Assembly: GCA_963791045.1 (NCBI GenBank)
Contig: CAWBQK010000017.1
Span: 288,001-352,000, forward strand
Origin: Candidatus Latescibacterota bacterium
GTDB taxonomy: Bacteria; Krumholzibacteriota; Krumholzibacteriia; WVZY01
Reading direction: 5' to 3'
Length of the DNA stretch: 64,000 nt
Shown here: positions 50,401 through 59,842 of the stretch, piece by piece
Position numbering within the stretch: position 1 is the first letter of the stretch
Layout of the letters: each line of letters starts with the position of its first letter
Made by a program: the position numbers and the translations under genes
The notes under the pieces: model-generated
What the model saw: only the letters and a program-made list of their open reading frames with translations
Told to the model about the DNA's origin: nothing
Databases searched by the model: none

Positions 50401-51248
50401 CGGCCCTGTGCCCTTCGTATTGTTCCCGTAAAAGACATTATTTAAGCAAAAAGAATCGTGCGTGTTCTGGAAATCCGCGGCCTTACCGCCATTTTCGTAT
50501 AAAATGTTGTTCCTGACCGTGATGTTGCTGTTGATCGAATAATCGTTACCGTTGCAATGAACTCCCTCTTCCTCGTTTCCATGAATCCGATTGTTCTCGA
50601 CCACGATATCACTGCAACCGCGGGCGACGTATACTCCATGATAGACACCTGTGGAACGAAATCCGTTTGAGTAAATATCATTTGATGTTACAAGCGCGCC
50701 TGTCGCGTTCCAGGTGAAGACACCACTCCCGCCGTTGTTGTGAACTACGCAATCCCTGATTATCGAGCCAGAACTTTGCCCGGTGCTGACACCATATCTC
50801 GGCGCGTTCTTCAATTCGAATCCCTGGATCGTAACATTGTTCGCTTCCCAAATGGCGATACAGTCGTCTCCGCTTGAGAGCGACGAACCGTCGATCACGA
50901 CGTTCCCTTCCGCAATAACTGATACGTTGTGTCGGTTATAAACAGTCGGGGTCTCATCGGGACGATATGTGCCCGCGAGAACACGAATCGTATCGCCGGA
51001 ATTGATCGACCGGACGGCGTGCCACAAGGTGCGCCAGGGGCTGCTGGATGAACCGGAGTTGCTGTCATTACCTGACGTCGAAACATAGTACGTCGCCGCG
51101 GAAACAGCGCTCGGAACACGATCAGGGTCGCCAGAAGAATGACCCCGAAAAGAGCCGAAAATTTGAATCCGAAACGGTGGGTTCTATGCATTGAGGTTTC
51201 GTTTTGGTTGCGGTCTGCTAAAGGTGCAATGGCTTCACGTATCCCCAC
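44497..51248 (-). CDS. Giant secreted surface protein (~2200 aa): right-handed beta-helix, InlB-B-type repeat, 9 FN3 + 7 Ig-like domains, C-terminal FlgD/T9SS-like domain; at least 3 apparent frameshifts (~51115, ~50357, ~48944)
   Basis: SD AAGGAG + GTG 51248; signal peptide; AATYYVSTSGNDSNSG..PWRT; parallel beta-helix repeats; VTLQAVPSQGWSFSNWSGD; repeated W..N.E.D..GY..YYG; C-terminal VKIFDTSGSEVR...WD..NDHGRRVAKSMYLV. Confidence 0.85.
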
Positions 51249-51684
51249 GTCGTTGCTCCTTTGGATGTTCAATCAACCCAGAAAACCGTGATACCTCTCG
51301 GGTTTTTCTGGCAAAGCTCTTCGGCTTTGATGTTGTTTTGCAACGAAAGTCCGTTGGCTTGCGAGCGGTCATTTCGGCGAGAAGCACGTGTATTCCGCAC
51401 ATTCTGGTACCATCCGAAACAACGAGCGACTCCGTTCCCTTTTTAGGAAGGCCGAATTTAGAGCATTTTTCCGATAACTGTTGTTGCAGGTTCATTCAGC
51501 AAGAAATGTGCTATAAGGCCGCGGCAAACAGCCAATCGGTCAACGCCAAATTATCGCAATTAACGGGGTGGGGTAAAATCGAGCACGCGCGACCCGGGCG
51601 CAAGCGGGATCCCTCGGTCCCCTGCGCATTTCGCGTTCTGGTATTGTTGGCCTCGATTTACTTATAGAGCGAATCCTGTTCACG

Positions 51685-51713
51685 AAAATAAGAGAGGGGA
51701 TTTCGCCTGTCAA
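51685..51713 (-). promoter_or_regulatory. Putative sigma-70 promoter for the giant surface protein
   Basis: TTGACA-17 nt-TATTTT on the minus strand. Confidence 0.5.
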
Positions 51714-51976
51714 CCTATGAAGAGCCGAAAAGAAGAAAGGAGGCATTCTTTTGCCGTATTTTTGAGCTAGCAGCTTGCAATGTGCACATTAACAAGCCAA
51801 TAGAAGGGTTACCTAAGATGCATTCGAGGAAAGGTGATATAACTCGACCTCCCACAAATAGCTACCCGGACAGGAACGTACCAAGTTCGGTTTAGGGCGT
51901 CCAAAGATTCTCTGCACAGGTTTGAAAATCGGGCTTGTCAGCAAGCAAGAAGTTGCGCCGGATATCTGACGTGTTT

Positions 51977-53395
51977 TTAAAAACCGACGAAAACGAGAAA
52001 CAATTTGAACCCAATGAGGATGGCGATCATTGCAAGAACACCGATAACGGCATCGCGCTTTTCAAAGAGGTCAAAATGACGAGAATCGGAATCAACATAA
52101 ATGTTCGTCGCAGCGACGCTCAATCCCGCAAGAATGAAGAGGAGCGGATGGTAGGTCTGCGCGATGAACATTGAAGCCACCGCATACCCAGCCAGGGCAA
52201 GAAACAAAACTTCAGTTATCAGTCGGAACCGCGGAGCATCACCGGCCCGTTCATCCGACGCGATAAAAAACATGTTTTTCAGGGACAGTAAATCATCAGA
52301 ACCCATGGTATCAATCCGAAAAGACCGACTTCCGCCGCACAATGAATAAATGAATTGTGCGCGATCATAGTTTTGAACTTTGGCCCCCAGGCTTTCGCGC
52401 CGATTCCAAACAGTGGATATGACATGAAAATGGTCAAGGCCCTCGTTCCACGTCGAACATCCTCTGCATAGCCGACGCCTCTTGCGTAGATATCGTCGCC
52501 ATTCGCGAAGGACCAAATACAAAGGCGACGACGGAAATCGACGCTCCGGCCAAGAGCCCCCTCTTGATTCCATATCGCCTGACGAACATCAAGCCCGCCA
52601 CCGCGGCGAAACTAAGACACCGCCTCTCGAGTTTGTAAAGTAGAGCCCTGCCCCCAGAACAATCGTCAGACCGATCCAGAATACTTTTGTTCCCTTTGTG
52701 TCCGAGCCCGTCGTCAACAGATACGCAAAGGGGATAATGCAAAGAATCGCGATTGCCAACATATTCGGGTTCTCGAACCGACCGGCGCCGAACGCGCGCT
52801 CCGCTTCGATTGCCCCAAACTCAATCATCGCCGTCCCTGTGAGATGCTGATAAATTGCCTGAATAGCCAACGCAACCGTACATAGCGTAATCGTCACCAA
52901 AACGGCGTAAAATCGCTTCTCGGTAGTAACAAGATTTACGGTCAGAAAGTAAACAATGAGTACGGAAGAAAAACCCCACAGCGATTTGACAGCGAACCCC
53001 GGATCCACGTGAGACATGTGCGACACAACGATCGCCACGGCAAACCAGATCACGAAGAAATCCTGTGGAGACTTAAAAAAATATGAACGCTCGCGTCCGG
53101 CGATCTGCCGGAAAAGCATCACGAGAAAGGCGCCGCCTCCCGTCAACAGCATAATGCGGAATGGCTCCAGCGCGGACATAAAGGACTGTGGGGGCCAGTA
53201 ATTGAAGACAATGTAGACGAGCAGGCCAACGAATGGTGAGACAAAAAATAGTACTGTCACGTATGTTACCAGGAACAACGCCGACGCGAGGTCGCTGGAG
53301 CGAAGCGCCATAAACGCGAAGCTGGCCGCCAAAAGCGAAAGCGAAAGAACGAATGGAATGGTTTTGGAAAGCCGTCCGTTCATTCTATTCCTCAA
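51977..53395 (-). CDS. O-antigen ligase/Wzy-like polymerase family membrane protein (about 4 apparent frameshifts, 52280-52620)
   Basis: Multiple TMs, GRFENPNMLA, TNSRGG; reconstructed YPLFGIG...AHNSFIHCAAEVGLFG. Confidence 0.85.
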
Positions 53396-54758
53396 CGACC
53401 CTTCTTAACGCCACGTCCATTTGAGAAGAGATGGATTGCATCGAGTACTTCTCGAGTTCGGTTTCGTTCGTCACGAGATTCAGTTCACCGGAATTGACTT
53501 TCGACAAGAACTCTCCAATTCCGAAAGCGACATCGCACGCTTCCCTGCTGGTTACCGCCATGCCACGGCCTGTACTCGTGACGATACGAGCCGCATCTCC
53601 CTCAGGACCGACAACGAGAATAGGCGTCGAGCACAACAGGTACGGATACAACTTGCTCGGAACCCAGGTCTCGAAGCCGGCGCCATGAGGTACGAGAAGA
53701 AGCAGATTCCGGGCGTTTTCGATGATCCCAAGACTCTCCATAAATGGAACCCGTCTTTCGAACCGAATCAGCCCCCGTAAATCCTCATCGATATTCTCCG
53801 GCAGCTCCTGCTTTCCTGGCACTCTTCCATAAATACAAAGGCGCGGTATTCTGTGGTGGTTTTGCGCGCGCATATATCGCACGGCGGCGATATATGCATC
53901 CAGCATTCCGGGATAAACGTGCCCCATATATACGAATTCATCGTCCGTTTGGCCGCCATTCCCGTCGTTGAATACGGGGGTGAGTTCCCTGTCAAAACCG
54001 TTCGTAATTTTAACTGTCTTTGAACTAATCTCGCCGCCGCAGTGCGCTCTCAACGCCTCACGATTCCCTGAAGTGTTGGCCACAACAGCATCACATTTCG
54101 AAAGGATTTTCATCTCCAATTTCCGCCATAAACCGAACGCAAAAGCGTGGCCACTTGCCCTCGCCGGAATGGTCCAAGGGTCGCGAAAATCCACAACCCA
54201 ACGAAATCGCGTGGAAGAACGAGCAAGCAACAGCGGTATATGGAGGGAATGCGGCGGACTCGAACTGAGAACGGCGTCGAACCCGCCTTTATCGAGCAAC
54301 CGCCGAAGCCGGAAGTACAAAAACGGCATCCAACCCGCCTTCGGATCCGGAAATGTAGTCGCGCGTTCAATCACCGTGAAGACTCGAGACACCACCCCCG
54401 CCAACACACGCCGGACAGGAGACGGGGTGCCCTTACCCTTAATAGCCCCGACAAGCACCCGTGCGGTCCGGCGGACCTCGATAGATCCTGTTCTGATCAC
54501 CCGTACATTCTCCGGAATCAGATCAAGACTTTCCTGCGTCGAGTAAACGAATGATTTCTCCACGGTCAAAACCGTTATGTCCCAGCCTAGACGCGCGAGG
54601 TACTTTGTCATCCCCACCATGCGGTACATTCCCGCGCTTGTCACCGGCGGATAGTCATAGGTGACCACGAGCAGTTTTCGCGCATTGGATTCCTGGGATT
54701 TTGAAGCGCTCAACTGACACCCACTTTTGATTCCACCAGGAACTTGTCGACACGCCAC
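53385..54758 (-). CDS. Glycosyltransferase family 4
   Basis: VVTYDYPP, SSSPPHSLH, WVVDFRDPW, ITNGFD, PSKLYPYL; true start probably somewhat downstream of 54758. Confidence 0.88.
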   Translation of the reverse strand: MACRQVPGGIKSGCQLSASKSQESNARKLLVVTYDYPPVTSAGMYRMVGMTKYLARLGWDITVLTVEKSFVYSTQESLDLIPENVRVIRTGSIEVRRTARVLVGAIKGKGTPSPVRRVLAGVVSRVFTVIERATTFPDPKAGWMPFLYFRLRRLLDKGGFDAVLSSSPPHSLHIPLLLARSSTRFRWVVDFRDPWTIPARASGHAFAFGLWRKLEMKILSKCDAVVANTSGNREALRAHCGGEISSKTVKITNGFDRELTPVFNDGNGGQTDDEFVYMGHVYPGMLDAYIAAVRYMRAQNHHRIPRLCIYGRVPGKQELPENIDEDLRGLIRFERRVPFMESLGIIENARNLLLLVPHGAGFETWVPSKLYPYLLCSTPILVVGPEGDAARIVTSTGRGMAVTSREACDVAFGIGEFLSKVNSGELNLVTNETELEKYSMQSISSQMDVALRRVVEE

Positions 54759-54798
54759 GTCGGAGAGCCGATCATGCGGCGCGGATACCCAACCAGAC

Positions 54799-55776
54799 TC
54801 ATGCCCACGGGTGGCGCTTGAGCCTCCACATACGCATGAGTTTCATTAGAAACGACTGGTTCAGAAGCCGCCGGGCTTCCTCCGGATCGGCCAGGGATTG
54901 AACGTCCGTGCCGTCACCCTTTCCCGCGACGATATAAACAACATCGATGCGTCGGTTGTAGGTTCCAACAGTCTGGCGTGCCTCACGCACCCCCAGGCCC
55001 ACAATCCTGAACAGCGTCTCGAACGATGCTCTCGTGAAGAAATTGACATGCGTGACGGGGTCGTTTTCGATTCCAATCCCTCCCCATACACCCAACGGCA
55101 CCTCCCCATAAATAACCCCGTTTTCTTCGATAAGATCGGCCATTTGCTTCAAAGCGACGGCGGGTTCGGCAAGGTGTTCAATGACGTGACTGCAGATCAC
55201 AACATCGTATTTGTTTCCCAGGGGAACATCTTCGAGACGATCGGCAATTTTATTGACGCCCTTTATCGGGTTAACATTGTAGTCAACCAAATAACAGTCG
55301 TGACCCTGCTCTATAAACGGGATGAGAATCCTGCCGTTTCCACCGCCCACGTCGAGTACCCGAAGTTTGTCGTCAGGCGCGTAACGCTTGATGACTTCAA
55401 AAACTTTGTGCGCCCGCTTCCTGTCACGTTCAAGTGATTTCCTGTCCGACCTCTGCCCTCCGATATCCTTCTCCACCACCTGGAGAAAGCGGTACTTTGC
55501 ATCTATATCGTCCGTCGACGGTCGAGGAGAAAAGCACATAAAACCGCATCCGCGGCACAAAAGCGACTCCAGGACAACTTCTTCGATGTCGGGGAACCAT
55601 ACATCGAAGAGGACACGCCTTCTCAACGCGAGATAGCGTGTGATCGGCCCCCCATCCGAACATGTTTTGTCCGATTTGCCATAGCGATACCGGCGGACAC
55701 TTTCCCAATTGTCGGCTCGGCACACCGGGCAGTCAAAATTTACGTCCATCTTCTTTCCGATTGAATTATCGAACAA
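54799..55776 (-). CDS. Class I SAM-dependent methyltransferase
   Basis: CPVC...CRGC, VLDVGGGNG, SHVIEHL, GEVP, HVNFFT. Confidence 0.88.
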   Translation of the reverse strand: MFDNSIGKKMDVNFDCPVCRADNWESVRRYRYGKSDKTCSDGGPITRYLALRRRVLFDVWFPDIEEVVLESLLCRGCGFMCFSPRPSTDDIDAKYRFLQVVEKDIGGQRSDRKSLERDRKRAHKVFEVIKRYAPDDKLRVLDVGGGNGRILIPFIEQGHDCYLVDYNVNPIKGVNKIADRLEDVPLGNKYDVVICSHVIEHLAEPAVALKQMADLIEENGVIYGEVPLGVWGGIGIENDPVTHVNFFTRASFETLFRIVGLGVREARQTVGTYNRRIDVVYIVAGKGDGTDVQSLADPEEARRLLNQSFLMKLMRMWRLKRHPWA

Positions 55777-55779
55777 ACA

Positions 55780-56940
55780 TCAGGAATTCCGAGTTTTCGA
55801 GGCGTCCACTTGCTTTTCTTTCAAGACGTCCTCGTAAACGTTCTCGTATCCCTCGATCATTCGGCACATATCGTAACGAATCTCAACTGTGTTTCGGGCT
55901 GCGGCTGCAAGACGCGCCGCTTCGACCGGATTTGACAAAAGTTTATCGATGGCCTCCGCGAGTTTGTCCGGTGTTCCCGGCGGGACGAGAACACCCGTCT
56001 CTCCATCGGTAATAATTTCCGGGATTCCACCGACGTTGGTTCCGACGACCGGAACGCCTTCAGCCATCGCCTCGATGATGGTTATGCCGAGGCCTTCTTC
56101 CTTCGATGCCAGCGCAAAAACATCGAAGACCGGCAAAAGCTCTGTTACGTCCGATCGACTTCCGAGGAAGTCCACGCGCAGACCAATTCCCAGCCTGGTC
56201 GCCCGTTCCTTGAGCTCCCCCATCATTTCTCCATCACCAACTAGAACCAATCTGGCCTTTGTATGTATCGAAGCGAGGCGCGAGAACGCCTCGATGAGGG
56301 TCGCGTGATCCTTTTCGGGGCTCAATCTCGCGACGGTTCCGATTACCGGCCCAAAACCTTCGAGTCCAAGTTCCGCCTTCTTCTTTTGAATAGCATCGTC
56401 GGAGGGCCGCCGATAAAGGGTTAGGTCTACGCCGTTCGGAATCGTCGTTACCACATCTTCCTTCAGACCCGCTTTTTCGACGGCGTCCCGACGCACATGA
56501 TCTGAAACCGCGATGACTCTGTCGGTAAAAGCCAGGCGTTGAAACCATGACTGACGCCATTTGTGGGGAAATCCCGGGCCATGAGCCGTGTAAACCACAC
56601 AAGGAACGTTCCCCATGCGGGCGCCAATTAAACCGTAAAAAAGACCGCCAAAATTATGGCAGTGGACGATATCTATGTTGTCCTTTTTGAGCACGCGGGC
56701 CAGGCGAACCGGCAGCGAATAATTGATCCCCGGCTTCTTATCGAATTCCAATGTTTTGAAGCCATCCCGCCGCAGAGGTCCGATGTGCTCGCCCCCCCGT
56801 TGAAGGCAGTAAACCGATGACGCGAACCGCCGCCGGTCCACCCCACCCATCAACGTCACCACAATACGTTCCATGCCGCCAATCGACAGACTGTGCACGA
56901 TGTGCCCGACATTTATTCTTCTCTTTGCCGGTTCGTTCAT
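55780..56940 (-). CDS. Glycosyltransferase family 4
   Basis: GGMER, YTAHG, IPNGVD, VARLSPEKDH, EGLGITIIEAMA, VGGIPE. Confidence 0.93.
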   Translation of the reverse strand: MNEPAKRRINVGHIVHSLSIGGMERIVVTLMGGVDRRRFASSVYCLQRGGEHIGPLRRDGFKTLEFDKKPGINYSLPVRLARVLKKDNIDIVHCHNFGGLFYGLIGARMGNVPCVVYTAHGPGFPHKWRQSWFQRLAFTDRVIAVSDHVRRDAVEKAGLKEDVVTTIPNGVDLTLYRRPSDDAIQKKKAELGLEGFGPVIGTVARLSPEKDHATLIEAFSRLASIHTKARLVLVGDGEMMGELKERATRLGIGLRVDFLGSRSDVTELLPVFDVFALASKEEGLGITIIEAMAEGVPVVGTNVGGIPEIITDGETGVLVPPGTPDKLAEAIDKLLSNPVEAARLAAAARNTVEIRYDMCRMIEGYENVYEDVLKEKQVDASKTRNS

Positions 56941-56941
56941 A

Positions 56942-57970
56942 TCACGCTGCCCCCGATGAACTTTGTCGCTGTGTTCGCCAATAAACGAGGAACCGTTCAA
57001 TTCCTTCTTGAGTGGTCACGATCTGCCGCCACCCGATCGCTTTGAGTTTTGAGTTATTAAAGATGTTCCCTTTCCAGTGACAAGCGGTTTTGTAAGGGGT
57101 CAACACTGGAGGCAGCTGACCTTTGGAGTGTTTGTGATATTTTTCGACAAGTTTCGACATGAACATCGTGATGGGATACGGAACCGTGATGTATTTCAAT
57201 CTCTCCACATTCTTGCGGTACGCTCTGAGAAACTCCCTGGATGTGGGAAGGTCATCATCCACAACGTTGAAAATCTCATCCATGGCTTCGTCCGATCGTC
57301 CCGCGGCCACGGCAGCCGCGGCGCAGTTGTCGACGTATGTCAACGGCAAACGGTTGTTTCGGCCAAAGTGAAAAAGAAGACCAAAAACTCGTATCCCGAT
57401 TCTCGTTGTCAGCTCCGTTCCTCCGGGACCATAAATCACGCCGGGGCGCAAAACCACCAGAGGAAATCCGAACTTCTCTTTGTATTCCCAAAAAAGCCTT
57501 TCCTGTCGAATCTTCGAGAAAGCGTACGCGTCTCTCCTCTCGGGATGTTCCTCGAGCGGTGTTTTCTCGTCGACCATCGCCCCGGCGGGCAATCCCGCCG
57601 TCCCGTACACTCCGAACGAACTCACGAGAACCACGCGCGTCGAGACAGTTTTCGTAATAGCATCGAGAAGATTCCTCGAACCCACGACGGTGTTTTGTAT
57701 CAAATTCGCCGCACCACCTCCCATGGCCGCCGCCGCGTGATAGACGATACCGACACCCGCCATGGCTCGGGCGGCATCCTCACGAGAAGTGAGATCGCCG
57801 TAACAGATTTCCAGCTCGGTCTCGGGAAACCGGGCGTGACTTCGCGATAATTTCGCGGTATCGCGTCCCGGCCGAACAAGACAACGAATATCGTCTTCCC
57901 CGGCGGCGAGAAGTTGCTCCACCAGTGCAGAGCCGAGGAAACCGTTCGCACCGGTCACAAGGACTTTCAC
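56942..57970 (-). CDS. NAD-dependent epimerase/dehydratase
   Basis: VLVTGANGFLG, VSSFGVYG, YAFSK, LRPGVIYGP. Confidence 0.9.
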   Translation of the reverse strand: MKVLVTGANGFLGSALVEQLLAAGEDDIRCLVRPGRDTAKLSRSHARFPETELEICYGDLTSREDAARAMAGVGIVYHAAAAMGGGAANLIQNTVVGSRNLLDAITKTVSTRVVLVSSFGVYGTAGLPAGAMVDEKTPLEEHPERRDAYAFSKIRQERLFWEYKEKFGFPLVVLRPGVIYGPGGTELTTRIGIRVFGLLFHFGRNNRLPLTYVDNCAAAAVAAGRSDEAMDEIFNVVDDDLPTSREFLRAYRKNVERLKYITVPYPITMFMSKLVEKYHKHSKGQLPPVLTPYKTACHWKGNIFNNSKLKAIGWRQIVTTQEGIERFLVYWRTQRQSSSGAA

Positions 57971-59058
57971 TTCGCATCTCCCGACGGGGATTGCGTAGTC
58001 TGTTCCACGATCGTTTCCGTCATCCACGCGACCTTGAGAATTGTCTCGTACGAAATCGGTGGATCGGTCCCATCGAGGATGCTCCGGTAATACAAATCGA
58101 GAAGCCGGTTGAGCCCGGCAAAAAAGTGAAAATCGGAGCGCGCGAATTTATATACATTTCTCGCGCCTTCACGGAAAAACCGCCAACTCTGACCGAAGGC
58201 GGGTAAAACACGTCCTATCGCGCTGGGAAGATGTGCATCCGCGTCGAGGGTAACCGTCCGGGACACGTAATCCACATGTGCCGTGTTTTTCGTTCCATAC
58301 AAACGGACGAAATGTCCCACAGGCCGCGCGTGGCTTGACAACGTCGCGTACCCCGATACATTCCGGCCTTTGACAAGAACTCTAAGCTCGTCCTGAATTG
58401 CCGCTCCGCCTTCTTCTCCCGAACGCATCTCGTTCGTGTACGCCAACGCGTGAATCGACGGATACGGGTCCTCAATGAACTCCGTCAGTTTGTATAGCAG
58501 GTGATCGATGTTATTTTGAAGAAGAGATCCGGGCAGACCGTGAACCCAGTGAGCGGGGTTGTCCACCACCGCCTTTCCGAACACACCGTCGATATTGTAA
58601 CCGTAGAAGCTCTCGATGTGCACCGGATCACCAATCACATTCTCACGCACCAGCCGGCGCAACGCGAGGGCTGGCGGATCAAACATGTAGGTGTACCCGA
58701 CCGTTAATTGTCGGGACCGGCTTTTTGCCGAGGCCAGAATCGCTTCTGCATCGTCGAGCGTGGGGCCGAGGGGTTTCTCCACAAACACGTGACAGCCGGC
58801 CTCCATAGCGAGGAGCGCCAATTCCCGATGCGATTGCGGGGGTGTCGTCACATGGACGACATCCGGTTTTTCAGCCTGCAGCAACTTCTCGAAGTCATCG
58901 TAATGGGCGCGGAGGCCGTAACGCACCGCGAGCTGTTCGGCCATCAGGGGTTCAGAATCGCAAACGGCGACAACAACGGCGGTATCCAATTTCGCGATTT
59001 CTTCGACATGGCCGTCGGCGATCTTCCCGCAACCGACTATGGCTACTTTGAGGCTCAT
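57967..59058 (-). CDS. Gfo/Idh/MocA family oxidoreductase
   Basis: VAIVGCGKIA, VHVTTPPQSH, HVFVEKP. Confidence 0.9.
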   Translation of the reverse strand: MSLKVAIVGCGKIADGHVEEIAKLDTAVVVAVCDSEPLMAEQLAVRYGLRAHYDDFEKLLQAEKPDVVHVTTPPQSHRELALLAMEAGCHVFVEKPLGPTLDDAEAILASAKSRSRQLTVGYTYMFDPPALALRRLVRENVIGDPVHIESFYGYNIDGVFGKAVVDNPAHWVHGLPGSLLQNNIDHLLYKLTEFIEDPYPSIHALAYTNEMRSGEEGGAAIQDELRVLVKGRNVSGYATLSSHARPVGHFVRLYGTKNTAHVDYVSRTVTLDADAHLPSAIGRVLPAFGQSWRFFREGARNVYKFARSDFHFFAGLNRLLDLYYRSILDGTDPPISYETILKVAWMTETIVEQTTQSPSGDAK

Positions 59059-59128
59059 ATCATACCGCCAGTTCGATACTTGTACGCATGCGTGGAATCA
59101 ATACCGGGGGGTGGGCACATAACACAGT

Positions 59129-59842
59129 CTAGCCCTTCTTATACGTCCCGTAATACTTGTAGTCGTAATAGAACGGCAACACCTCGGAAACGTTATTGAC
59201 GACGACGCCGACCATGTTCGCCCGGGCATCGTCCAATGCGTTTTTCGCCCGCTTCACCACCTGGTTGGGAGTAACGCCGGCAAGAACCACAAAAAGAACG
59301 CCTTCAACTTCGCTGCTCAAAAACAGCGTGTCGCTGACCGCCAGAACCGGGGCGCTGTCAACGAGGACGATGTCGTAATAAAATCGGACCTTCTGGAAGA
59401 AATCGGTGAGCATCTGGGACTCGAATAACTTCGATGGCGCATCCGTTGTTCCGCCTGTTGTAATAACGTCAAGATTGTCCATGCGCGTTTTTTTAATAAC
59501 CCGGATGGGATCCACGCCGTGGCCGAGACAATCGATCAGCCCCTCATTGTTTTTGAGACCGAAGACCGAGTGCATTCTGGGACGCCTCATGTCGGCATCA
59601 ACCACGAGAACCTTTGTCTGAGGAAATTGTGCGATCGTAAGCGCGAGATAGGACGTAATTGTGCTCTTCCCTTCGCCGCGGACCGAACTCGTCATCAGAA
59701 ACGATCTCAGCTCCGGATCGGAGCATTTGGCTTTGACGATATTGAACAACCGTCTCAGTTCCGTCGAGATGGGCGACTCGGGGTCGTAAACTGAAAAGAT
59801 TGTCGGCTCTTTGGATCCGTCCAAGATATCCTCGCGATTCAT
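59129..59842 (-). CDS. CpsD/CapB-type BY-kinase (Wzc cytoplasmic part)
   Basis: TSSVRGEGKST, VDADMRRP, VDSAP, Tyr-rich tail YYDYKYYGTY. Confidence 0.93.
   Translation of the reverse strand: MNREDILDGSKEPTIFSVYDPESPISTELRRLFNIVKAKCSDPELRSFLMTSSVRGEGKSTITSYLALTIAQFPQTKVLVVDADMRRPRMHSVFGLKNNEGLIDCLGHGVDPIRVIKKTRMDNLDVITTGGTTDAPSKLFESQMLTDFFQKVRFYYDIVLVDSAPVLAVSDTLFLSSEVEGVLFVVLAGVTPNQVVKRAKNALDDARANMVGVVVNNVSEVLPFYYDYKYYGTYKKG

Noticed and set aside
51498-51513. Sigma-54-like TAGCAC-N5-TTGCT upstream of the giant gene
   Set aside because: Lacks the invariant GG at -25/-24
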